DNA of 64,000 bases from Octopus vulgaris (taxonomy: Eukaryota). Of this stretch, positions 37,990 through 51,595 are shown one piece after another. The notes beneath the pieces are model-generated. The model was not told the DNA's origin, made no database searches, and saw only the letters and a program-made list of their open reading frames with translations. Position numbers and translations under genes: made by a program. Position 1 is the stretch's first letter; each line of letters begins with the position of its first letter. Location of the stretch: positions 74,338,001 to 74,402,000 of the forward strand of contig OX597814.1 in NCBI GenBank assembly GCA_951406725.2, read 5' to 3'.

Positions 37990-40900
37990 TTACTGTCCCA
38001 ATCATGGTGCGCCCACCCGCTCCCACCAATACCGGATAACACTGTTTACACCATCTACACTGGATATCCCTTCTCCCACCACCATTACGTGTGTCTATTC
38101 CTTCAACCCCTCCTCCTCAATATGCTATTTCACTATGTATTACCCCTGCCCCTCTCCCCTAAGCTCATCAACCGTCCCACTTAACCAGTTATCTTACATT
38201 TCCTTCTGCTTTGAAATCTGTCACTGCCTCAACCGGCTATCTCCTTCCAGTCCCCACCCTCACTCGTGATATCCTACGTTTTATATCCTACATTTCATTC
38301 TGTCTAGAACCTGCCACCAACCCTACCTGTCATCGTTTCTCCTTACCCCACCCTCCCCACTGGTGCTCCCCTATATTACTTGCACTCTCTCCCCCCCCAC
38401 TTTCTCTCTATCTCTCTGCTGGAACCCTTCCCCGCCACAATGCAACCAAAATTTTTTTCAGCTGGAACCCCCACCCCACCCCAACACTAGAATATCCATG
38501 TTTCTGCTACGCTGCTTAAACTATGTTACTCAATGACCATAATGCTTGCTTAGAATGCTACTAACACCTAGAATATCAGTATTTCTGCCACAGAGCTTAC
38601 ATCTACGTCATCATGACCTTAATGCTTATGCTTACAACGCTGCTAACACCAGCTCTTGCCTACGGCAGGGGCCACAACCTTAACATGCCTAAATGCTTGA
38701 ATGTTGTCAGGTCGGAAGAGAGATCAGATGAAAAATGCCCTCTTCTTTTCAGGCGCTGAATTGCACCCCTCCCCTCCACATTACCTTCCCAGTTTTCAGA
38801 GTTGGCACTGTCAATGTTGGTACACTGAAAGATAGGTCTAGTGAGATTGTAGAGATGCTTGAGAGAAGACGGGTTGATGTATGCTGCATACAAGAGGTAA
38901 GATGGAGAGGTGCTTCAGCTAGGGTCCTCACAGGCAAGGCACATAGGTATAAAGTCTTCTGGCAAGGTAACATGGATGGTGTAGGGGGTGTAGGCATTCT
39001 CCTTGCGGAGAAATGGGTGGATAAGGTCATAGAGGTTGTCAGGGTTTGCGATAGAGTGCTTAAGCTCAGGTTAGTCCTACAGAGTGGCACAGCTACAATT
39101 ATCTCCGCCTATGCTCCACATGCGGGGCCACCAAATGATCAGAAGGACCACTTTTATGATACCCTTCTCCAGGCTACCTCAAAGACGAGTGGCAAGGACC
39201 TCATCTTTGTGGGTGGAGATTTTAATGGGCATGTTGGGCGGGAATCAGGTATCTTCACTGGGGTATACGGTGGCCATGGTATTGGCATCAGAAATGATGA
39301 AGGAACTAGACTACTGGAATTCTGTGATGCATGTAACCTTTTAATTTGCAACTTCAGGAAGCCTGACTGCCACCTAATAACCTATCAGTCAGGAGACTCC
39401 ACTAGCCAAATAGACTTCATCCTCACCAGACAGCGGGATGCAGGGTTGCTCTTACATACAAAGACCCTCCCGGGTGAAGAATGTACCCCTCAGCATTAGT
39501 GACTTAAAGCTTGAGGCCAGAAGGATTCCAAGAAACAGACCAATCCAGAAAAGAAGGATTTGGAAGCTAAAGAACCCTTCACATGGTCAGAGATTTAGGG
39601 ACATCTTCATCAAGAAATTTGATGAGAGGGAGGAAGAGCTACAGACGTTGGACATACAAGGTAGCAGGAAATTCCTACGGGACAGCTTGCTGAGTGCCAC
39701 AGACCAAGTCTGTGGATGGTGCAAAGTCCCTTCCAGACCTAGAGTTACGTGGTGGTGGAATAGTGCAGTAGACAAAGCCATTAGTGCAAAGAAACAGGCC
39801 TGGAAAGCCTGGAGGGATGGGGGTAGCAGGGAACTGTACCAGGTAGCCAAAAGGGAGGCTGGGCAGCAGGTATACATAACCAAAGATGTAGCAGAAAAGA
39901 AGAAGTTTGCCAATGTCCAGCAACGTGAGGACCAAAGAACTGAGGCATTTCGGATTGCTAGACAGTGCGTGAGAGAAAATAGTGATGTTACAGGAGAGAA
40001 ATGTGACCGCATGGATGATGGGGCACTCGCTTTTAATGACGGTGAAAAGAAAGAGGCTTGGAGAAGCCATTATGAAAGACTGCTGAATGTGGAGAATGAA
40101 TGGGAGGAGGAGAGCCTGCCAAATGTTGACCCAGTAGAGGGACCAGCTATCCGAATAGACAGCTCCCTTGTAGTTAAGGCAATTAAGGGTATGAAACCAG
40201 GTAAAGCCCCCGGCCCATCAGGAATCACTGCTGAAATGCTTAAAACAGCTGGTTATGTGGGCTATGGCCTAGTCACCTGCATTGTAAACCAGGTAGTTCA
40301 TAATGGAGTCATACCCAATGACTGGCGTAGCAGCACCATAGTCAACTGCTACAAGGGTAAGGGTGATGCTCTAGATAGAAACAACTACAGGGGTATTAAA
40401 CTGTTGGATCAGGTGATGAAGGTCTCAGAGAGGGTCATAACCCATCTCATTAGGGAGAGAATTTGCTTAGATGAGATGCAGCTCAGTTTTGTGCCAGGTA
40501 GAAGCACCACTGATGCTATATTCCTGGTCCGACAACTGCAGGAGAAGTACCTAGCTAAAGATAAACCCCTCTACATAGCTTTTGTGGAATTGGAGAAAGC
40601 CAGGGTCCCCCGATCCCTTATCTGGTGGTCGATGCGGAAACTGGAGATTGACAAATGGCTAATAAGGGCTGCACAGGCCCTATACAGAGAGGCCGTCAGC
40701 AAGGTTAGATTTGGCAACGAATATAGAGAAGAATTCCGGGTAGAAGTAGGTGTACACCAAGGCTCAGCCCTCAGTCCCCTTTTATTCATCATAGTCCTCC
40801 AGGCAATAACAGAGGAATTCAAAACAGGTTGCCTCTGGGAGTTCCTCTATGCTGATGACCTGGCTCTCATAGCAGAATCACTACCGGAACTAGAAAAGAA

Positions 40901-42300
40901 ATTTCGGGTGTGGAAGCAAGGGTTAGAATCAAAGGGCCTTAGAGTAAATGTAGCAAAGACCAAAGTTATAGTAAGCAGAAAGGCGAACTCAGCACACACA
41001 CCCTCAGGCAGGTAGCCCTGCTCGATCTGTAGGAAAGGTGTAGGTAGAAACTCCATAAGATGTACCCAGTGTAAGCTATGGATGCATAAGAGGTGCAGCA
41101 ACATCAAAGGGAAATTAACTGATAAGATAGCTTTCATGTGTGGCAGATGCACAGGGACAATAGACACCACAGATACTCAGAAAACAGATTCCATCACACT
41201 CCTTCGGGAGAAACTAGAAGTAGTTGATAGTTTCCGCTACCTGGGTGACCAAGTTAGTAGTGGAGGTGGATGCTCAGAGAGTGTCACCACTAGAATACGA
41301 ATAGCCTGGGCAAAGTTTAGAAAGCTCCTACCCCTACTGGCAACAAAGGGTCTCTCGCTCAGTGTGAGAGGTAGATTGTATGATGCATGTGTGCAAACTG
41401 CCATACTTCACGGTAGTGAAACATGGGCTGTGACTGCAGAGGACATGCGTAGACTTGAAAGGAATGAAGCTAGCATGATCCGCTGGATATGTAATGTCAG
41501 TGTGAGTGCACGACAGAGGGTAAGCACCCTGAGAGAAATGCTGGGCATAAGAAAGCATCAGATGTGGTGTGCAAGAGCAACACTTGCGATGGTATGGTCA
41601 TGTACTGCGGATGGATGAGGAGAGATGTGTGAAGAAGTGCCGCTCCCAAACAGTTGAAGGTATCAGGGGAGAGGTAGACCTAGGAAGACATGGGATGAGG
41701 TAGTCAGGCATGACCTCAGAGCGTTGGGCCTCACAGAGGCAATGACAAAGGACCGTGATCTCTGGAGATATGCTGTGACTGCAAAGACCCGGGCTGCTTC
41801 TTGCACCAGCCCCGCATAGCCCATTCAAAGTACCTCGGATACCAGAACATCCCGCTGTGCTTGAGGAGACCTATTGAGTCAAGTACATGAACATCGAAAT
41901 AAATATCAATGGAAATAGGAGTTGCGATACCTGTGCCGGTGGCACATAAAAAGCACCATCCGAACGTGGCCGATGCCAGCGCCGCCTCGACTGGCTTGTG
42001 CCGGTGGCACATAAAAGGCACCATCCGAACGTGGCCGATGCCAGTGCCGCCTCGACTGGCTTCTGTGCCGGTGGCACATAAAAAGCACCAACCGATCGTG
42101 GACGATGCCAGACTCCCCTGGCACGTAAAAAGCACCCACTACACTCACTCGTGGAGTTGTTGGCATTAGGAAGGGCATCCAGCTGTAGAAACACTGCCAG
42201 ATCAGACTGGAGCCTGGTGCAGCCCCTAGCTTCCCAGACCCTGGTCGAACCGTCCAACCCGTGCTAGCACAGAAAACAGACGTTAAATGATGAAGATGAA
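37990..42300 (+). mobile_element. Near full-length RTE-clade LINE (APE endonuclease plus RT, disrupted)
   Basis: APE motifs GTVNVGTL, CIQEVRW, GGDFNGHVG, SQIDFIL (38735-39499). RT motifs NYRGIKLL, GVHQGSALSPLLF, LYADDL (39438-41015). Frameshifts and a stop, C-rich 5' UTR, repeat-bearing 3' UTR, GAT tail. Confidence 0.96.
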
Positions 42301-43367
42301 CTGATAAACACTAAGCGCATTCTCTAGAAATTATATAAAATTTCACATTTTAAGACTGATTCACCTTTTCTGAATTGACTGCAAAGAAAGTAAGTAGCAA
42401 TGTATAATATCATTTTAGAGCAAACATGGAAAGTGTCAATTTTTTTATTTATTTATTGCTATACCCACTAGGAATTTAAAACCTTGACGGTAATGAGTGG
42501 GGGAACAGAATAAGATAAATATAGTTTGTATAACAATTAAATAAACAAAACTGTGACATTTCTATCAAACTATTTGACATCTTGCTTTGTAAAAAGTTAG
42601 ATTAATATGAAGAGTTAATTCCTATTGCATAGGATCTTAAGGTGACAATTTTTATATTTATTAAAATTAACATGTAAACAATAGTTCAAAAAAACAAAAT
42701 AAAATGTTAAATTTAGATGCCATACAGTAAATATTGACTACTACTTTATAGCGAAATAAAAGGAGAATGTATTATTTTTACATGAAGAAGGAAATAGCTA
42801 CAAAATCTAAACGTATTAAATTTTACAAAACAGTAATTGTCATTTGAAAAATGTTTCCTTTCAGGAAAATATTTTTTCTATAGCTTATCGTTTTTAATAT
42901 CATGTGATGCTTTATATTTCTATACAAAATGCAACGGAAGTTGGTGAATAATTGAACAGTTTCTATTACAGGAAATAAAGTAAGCTATGTGCTTTTATCA
43001 CATGTAAAGTAAGCACGATGCTTTTACCACATGCAACGCATAAGAAGATTTACATAAAAATAATAAAATTTATTCCATGAATGAAGAATTCAGTTAAGAA
43101 AATAGCAAGATAGGGGTTAAAGCTGAAAATATTGAGTGGAAACTTTCCAAAAATTAAATCTGTTACTCTATTAAAATATCCAAATGTAAAAACATTTGGA
43201 GTTCAAAATAACTTTCAAAGTTATGAGCTAAAAATGATTAATGAACTCTTAAAAGAAACTGAATGGAAGAGGACAATTTCAATTGAACATGAAAGCTCCA
43301 TATAAATAATTTGAATAACTACTCATGAGTAAACTGCATTTGAAATTCAAATAAAATTACATGTGGT

Positions 43368-43401
<34 letters not shown>

Positions 43402-43420
43402 TATATATAGATACATACAT

Positions 43421-43953
43421 ATCATCATCATCATCATCATCATCGTTTAGCGTCCGCTTTCCATGCTAGCATGGGTTGGACGGTTCAACTGGGGTCTGGG
43501 AAGCCAGGAGGCTGCGCCAGGCCCAGTCTGATCTGGCAGTGTTTCTACAGCTGGATGCCCTTCCTAATGCCAACCACTCCGTGAGTGTAGTGGGTGCTTT
43601 TTATGTGCCACCTGCACAGGTGCCAGAGGAGGCTGGCAAATGGCTATGATCGGACGGTGCTTTTTACGTGCCACCGGCACGGAGGCCAGTTTGGGCGGCG
43701 CTGGCAACGGCCATGTTCGGACAGTTCTCTTATGTGCCACCAGCACTGGTATCTCAGCTACAATTTCCATTGATGTCGAAAGATTTCGATTTCGATTTTA
43801 ATTTTCACTTGCCTTAACAGGTCTTCACAAGTAGGGTTTGTGTCACAAGAAGGAACGGTATGCATAAGTGGGCTGGCTACGTCCCAGGTAGAGGCCATGA
43901 GTCATGGTCTCACTTGTCCTGCCGGGTCTTCCCACGCACAGCATACTTCCAAA
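43421..43953 (-). mobile_element. RTE LINE 3' fragment
   Basis: (CAT)n tail, terminal motif and 3' UTR. Confidence 0.9.
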
Positions 43954-43971
43954 ACATTGGAAATATGAACA

Positions 43972-44311
43972 TTAACCATTTAGCTTTCAGATTACTCAGT
44001 TAAATACGTGTTCTTATTCAAATTGTTTTGAATTATCATCATTACCATCGTCGTTTAGCGTCCGCTTTTCATGCTGGCATGGGTTGGACGGTTCAACTGG
44101 GGTCTGGGAAGCCAGAAGACTGCACCAGGCTCAATCTGATCTGGCAATGTTTCTACGGCTGGATGCCCTTCCTAACGCCAACCACTCCATGAGTGTAGTG
44201 GGTGCTTTTTCATTGTAGGATAGGTGTGAAAGGCTAGATATGGCCAATATGAATGTAAAACGTGTAGAATATTTGAACCAGATGTGGCTAGTTCAAATGC
44301 TAAAGCGTTAA
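43972..44311. mobile_element. TTAA MITE interrupted by an RTE tail (about 44036-44210, minus)
   Basis: ttaaccatttagc ... gctaaagcgttaa, the reverse orientation of the 3287-3500 element. Confidence 0.7.
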
Positions 44312-45224
44312 AAGTGTGGTGATGATCCATGAAGTAACAGGTGTATATAAGAAGCTCTCAATTTTTTTTTAAATGTCAGGTGAATTAATGTATTGAAATT
44401 CATTGATTTCATAAAAAAACGAATGGCATGAAACATTGAGTGTAGGTTTGTTTGTTCAGTGCTGATCGAGGGAACAACACTAATGGCTGTGTCCACCTCA
44501 CCTGGCTGGCTGTTACAGTGATCATGTCAGACAGCAAACTCAATATAACATGATCTGACATGCATACATTGCACCTCACACAACCAGATACTGCACTTAC
44601 AAAATGGATTTTGGTAAAAATCACATGATACTGCTAATGGTAACTTACCTGGGGAGACTGATTTAACAAGGGGTACCACTCTCTTGGATAAGTGCTCTCG
44701 TAGTTGAGACTGCTTTAAAGGAGAAATGGCTGTCACTTGTGGAGTCTCTGCTTCTGGCTGTGTCTTGTTTTCAAGGAGAGTATCAGCCAAGCTGGATAGC
44801 TTGTTTTCACCAAGTTTGTAAATACATACAAACATACATATATACATACCTACATATATATGCATTCGCATTATTTCCTTCTGGGGCTGGCCGACTCAGA
44901 GCAAATCTCAGAATTAAACAGCCGAAATTTGAAATGATGAATCGGTTTCTGACTGAAGAATGAAGGCTTTGAATGACCCATCTGTTTTTTGTTCGTCCCT
45001 TCGTGTATTTCACGTTATTTATATATGTAAAGTTTGATTATATACATACATACATACACACATATATATACATACATATATACACACACATATATATACA
45101 CACATATATACACACACATATATATACACACATATATGATTTGATTTTGATTTTTCCAGTTTCAGCTAATGAGCTGTGGCCATGCTGGGGCACCGCCATT
45201 ATATATATATATATATATATATAT

Positions 45225-46122
45225 TGGATGAAGATAGGTGTGTGAAAAAGTGCCACACCCTGGCAGTTGAGGGGACCTGTGGAAGAGGTAGACCCAGGAA
45301 AACCTGGGTCGAGGTGGTGAAGCACGACCTTCGAACTCTAGGTCTCACCAAGGAAATGACCAGAGACCGAGACCTATGGAAGTATGCTGTGCGTGAGAAG
45401 ACCCGGCAAGACCAGTGAGAACAGTCAAAATCAAATCATATATCAGAAAGCAGGGGTTAAGTGACCCATCCGTTCGTGTCCGCTGTCAGACTCATCTGGC
45501 ACCCGTGCCGGTGATACGTAAAAAGCACCATTCGCTCGTGGCCGTTTGCCAGCTCTGCCTGGCCCCGTGTTGGTGGCACGTAAAAGCACCATCCGTTCGT
45601 GTTCGTTGCCAGCCTCGCCTGGCCCCGTGCCGGTGACACGTAAAAGCACCGTCCGTTCGTGGCCGTTTGCCAGCTCTGTCTGGCCCCGTGTCGGTGGCAC
45701 GTAAAAGCACCATCCGTTCGTGTCCGTTGCCAGCCTCGGCTGGCCCCCGTGCCGGTGACACGTAAAAGCACCGTCCATTCGTGGCCGTTTGCCAGCTCTG
45801 TCTGGCCCCGTGTCGGTGGCACGTAAAAGCACCATCCGTTCGTGTCCGTTGCCAGCATCGCCTGGCCCCGTGCCGGTGACACGTAAAAGCACCATCCGTT
45901 CGTGGCCGTTCGCCAGCTCTGTCTGGCACCTGTGCAGGTGGCACGTAAAAAACACCCACTACACTCGCGGAGTGGTTGGCGTTAGGAAGGGCATCCAGCC
46001 GTAGAAACACTGCCAGATCTGACTGGGCCTGATGAAGCCTTCCAGCTTCACAGACCCCAGTTGACCCATCCAACCCATGCTAGCATGGAAAGCGGACGCT
46101 AAACGATGATGATGATGATGAT
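45225..46122 (+). mobile_element. RTE LINE 3' fragment with an expanded 59-bp tandem array
   Basis: GRGRPRKTW C-terminus, about eight alternating repeat units at 45465-45950, (GAT)n tail. Confidence 0.92.
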
Positions 46123-46228
46123 ATATATATGGTGACGTCGATGATCGCCTGGGGCTAAATGCATCAGTAACACCCCTACCACCCCGCCCTGTCCCTAGCC
46201 ACATTCAGATGGCTGATCCCCCTTATGT

Positions 46229-47022
<794 letters not shown>

Positions 47023-47026
<4 letters not shown>

Positions 47027-48191
47027 TTCATTCATTCATCTAACAGATAAGTTGAATGCTTATTTATTATTTCACTTCCCCATCAATCATACATGCTTTC
47101 TTATCTATCTAACTATTTTTAACTAATTTCTATAGCTATCTAATTATTTTAACTAATTTATCCATTACCCATCTCGCCTCTCGTGTATTCGCGCCTTCTT
47201 CCTCCGGACAATCTTTATTTAAAAAAAAAAAACGCAGCCCCAAACTTCTGCTCTTTCCTGCTCTTTCATTCATTCTTTCATCTAACAGATAAGTTGAATG
47301 CTTAATTATTATTTCACTTCCCATCAATCATACATGCTTTCTTATCTATCTAACTATTTTTAACTAATTTCTATATCAATCTAATTATTTTAACTAATTT
47401 ATCCATTACCCATCTCGCCTCTCGTGTATTCATCAACCATCGTGTATTCGCGCCTTCTTCCTCCGGACAATCTTTATTTAAAAAAAAAAAAAACGCAGCC
47501 CCAAACTTCTGCTCTTTCATTCATTCATTCATCTAACAGATAAGTTGAATGCTTATTTATTATTTCACTTCCCCATCAATCATACATGCTTTCTTATCTA
47601 TCTAACTATTTAAAACTAATTTCTATATCTATCTAATTATTTTAACTAATTTATCCATTACCCATCTCGCCTCTCGTGTATTCATCAACCATCGTGTATT
47701 CGCGGTGCACCCGCCTGCCCACCCCCACCACCAATACTGGATATCTCTATATTTTTGCTCCATCCATACCGGATGTCGCTTCTCCCACCACCATAATAGG
47801 TGTCTACTCTTCGAACCCCCCTCTTCAATACGCTATTTCACCATGCATTACCCCTCTCTTGATATCCTACGTCCTACTTGCCTAGAACCTGTCATCATTT
47901 CTCTGAACCACCCCTCCCCACTGGTGCTCCCCTATATTTCTGCACCCCCCACATAAAAAAAGCACCATCCGAACGTGGCCGATGCCAGACCCCTCTGGCA
48001 CCTGTGCAGGTGGCACGTAAAAAACACCCACTACACTCGCGGAGTGGTTGGCGTTAGGAAGGGCATCCAGCTGTAGAAACTCTGCCAGACTAGACTGGAG
48101 CCTGGGGCAGTCCCTTGCTCCCCAGACCCCGGTCGAAACCGTCCAACCCGTGCTAGCGCGGAAAACGGACGTTAAACGATGATGATGATGA

Positions 48192-48195
<4 letters not shown>
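47023..48195 (+). mobile_element. Non-autonomous RTE derivative: about 2.7 tandem 250-bp monomers, an RTE 5' UTR piece and an RTE 3' end
   Basis: 47705-47950 is homologous to 38006-38400 and is joined directly to the 3' terminal motif and (GAT)n tail. No ORF. Confidence 0.8.
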
Positions 48196-49682
<1,487 letters not shown>

Positions 49683-49730
49683 AGTGAATTGAAGAAATGG
49701 AGTTGAACGAAGATTGAACAGAAATCCTTT

Positions 49731-49824
49731 TATTGCATTCTACACGTGTTTCGAAAGCCACAATTTACCAAATTCCGATTGAATAAGGAGACCATATTGT
49801 GTCTTTCTCTTCGGGAAGAAATAG
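49731..49824 (-). ncRNA. Minimal type-I hammerhead ribozyme motif with a U4C core change
   Basis: uuc-CCGAAGA-gaaagacacaau...auuguggcuuuc-GAAA-cacgug-UA-gaa. Confidence 0.65.
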
Positions 49825-51595
49825 GAATTCCATTGGCAAAACAAAAACAGAACAGAGGCGCAGCAAAACAAATCGAACGAGGAGGCTCCTAAGAGCCCAT
49901 GGCCAAACTGTTTATCAATGTATGTTGAAATCGGGTGGTGGGTGCGTTGAAGATATATACAGGTCAGGCAGCGGTCAATCCGGTGGGTGAGAGCACGGGG
50001 TGCGTAGATATACTTTGTGACCAAGACTAAGGTTCTGACTATTTTAAGAATATTAGGTGTATTATATGGGGCGAGACAAAATCTACTTAGAAACATGTGT
50101 GTGTGAACTGTTCTATATGTGCGCGGCCGTAAGTTGGTAAAAAGCGCTACACAATGGTCACTGCTGAAAAATCCGTCAGGCGGCAGAAAATATTTTATGT
50201 GTTCGTGTGTTAGTCTAATCATGCTTTGTCAAAAAAAACCTCACGTCGTCAAGACAAAACACCATTCGCCTAATGGGAGTAATTCCCCTTGCAAGGGTTA
50301 ATCATATCTCTCTTAAAAAGCTTTTTCAAAAACTTATTTCCAAGGACTATTTTCAGATAAGTAGGGTATCATTTATAAGCAAGATAAGTATAACGCCGCC
50401 AATGGGGGCATCGAAAAGCCGACTGTAAAAGTCCGTTTACCATCCGGTCTCTGGCGAACAATATATGGAAAAGCTCAGAGACACAAAGGTTGCACTTCCT
50501 TCTGCCCCTATCAAATGGGAGGGCCACCGACAAAATTGACCATTCCAGCCTGTAGCTTGAGTTCGTATTCTTCAATCGCCATATTAGCTTGCTAAGTCCC
50601 GTGGCATGGTATTTATTCACGTCGCGAAAAGTTGCGTAATGGTTTGAGATTCGTAAGGCCAATTTTGACGATGAGGCCCCGACATATGAGTAGACATCTG
50701 AGTCCGCGTAAACCTTGCATTGGTAAACGGCATTTCTGATCTTGGAGTTCCCCGACATGAACCTTATTCTATTAGGATTAGTTTCTGAAATTAGAACTGC
50801 GTTACTGTTACTATATTGATTGTGAGAACTGCAGCCGCTTACTACTTTATTTTCCACTAAGTCACTATTAACTAACGGAATAAGCCCTGATTCTTCACTA
50901 TCACTCAGAGTGCTGTAATTGCTAGTGCCCGTGGTACTGCTATTGCCAGAAACGATGCTGGAGTTGCTATTGGGACTCTCTACCCTAATGAGCCGAGTTG
51001 CGCTCATCTCACTACTGCCATTGTTATCGTTAATGACATCACCCTTATTTATATCTATACGCCTAGTATATAATCCCTGGTTGGAGCTGAGATTATCAGT
51101 CACTGTACTGGCTCTCATATCATTATTACTACTATTATTATTCATACTGAGCGTTAAACCGGGAGAGGACGAAGCTGTGCCTCCGGACAAAGGTGATAGG
51201 GTCTTAATAAGCAGCCTATTATTATGGGAGGCGATTATCTGGGCGAGGTTTTAGTGTTGGAGAAAGCTATCCTAACTTTATGCGAGTTAACCGTGGAGTA
51301 ATATTTGGAATTTCTGGGGAAGTTATTGGCGATGGCTTGTCGAAACAGGAGGGGGAGGTTAGTTCTAATCTGCTTACCAAAGGGAATTACAAACCATATA
51401 TGCTTATTCCTATTTATGTGATGGGTCGGGAAGCCAGCTCTCGCATTAGGGTGGGTGATTCTCAGATGAATAACGGGTTTTGGGTTAGTGTGAACTCCCC
51501 CGGACCGATAATTATCCTTGTTCGCTAAATTAAATGCGGAAGTGCCTGCCCCAGCACCCGCCGCGCTCCCGTCACTACTTAAATTATTTATGTTA

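Noticed and set aside
45443-46073. CRISPR-like regularly spaced repeats and repetitive ORFs
   Set aside because: There are no unique spacers and no cas genes, and the context is eukaryotic. They are tandem units in an RTE 3' UTR.
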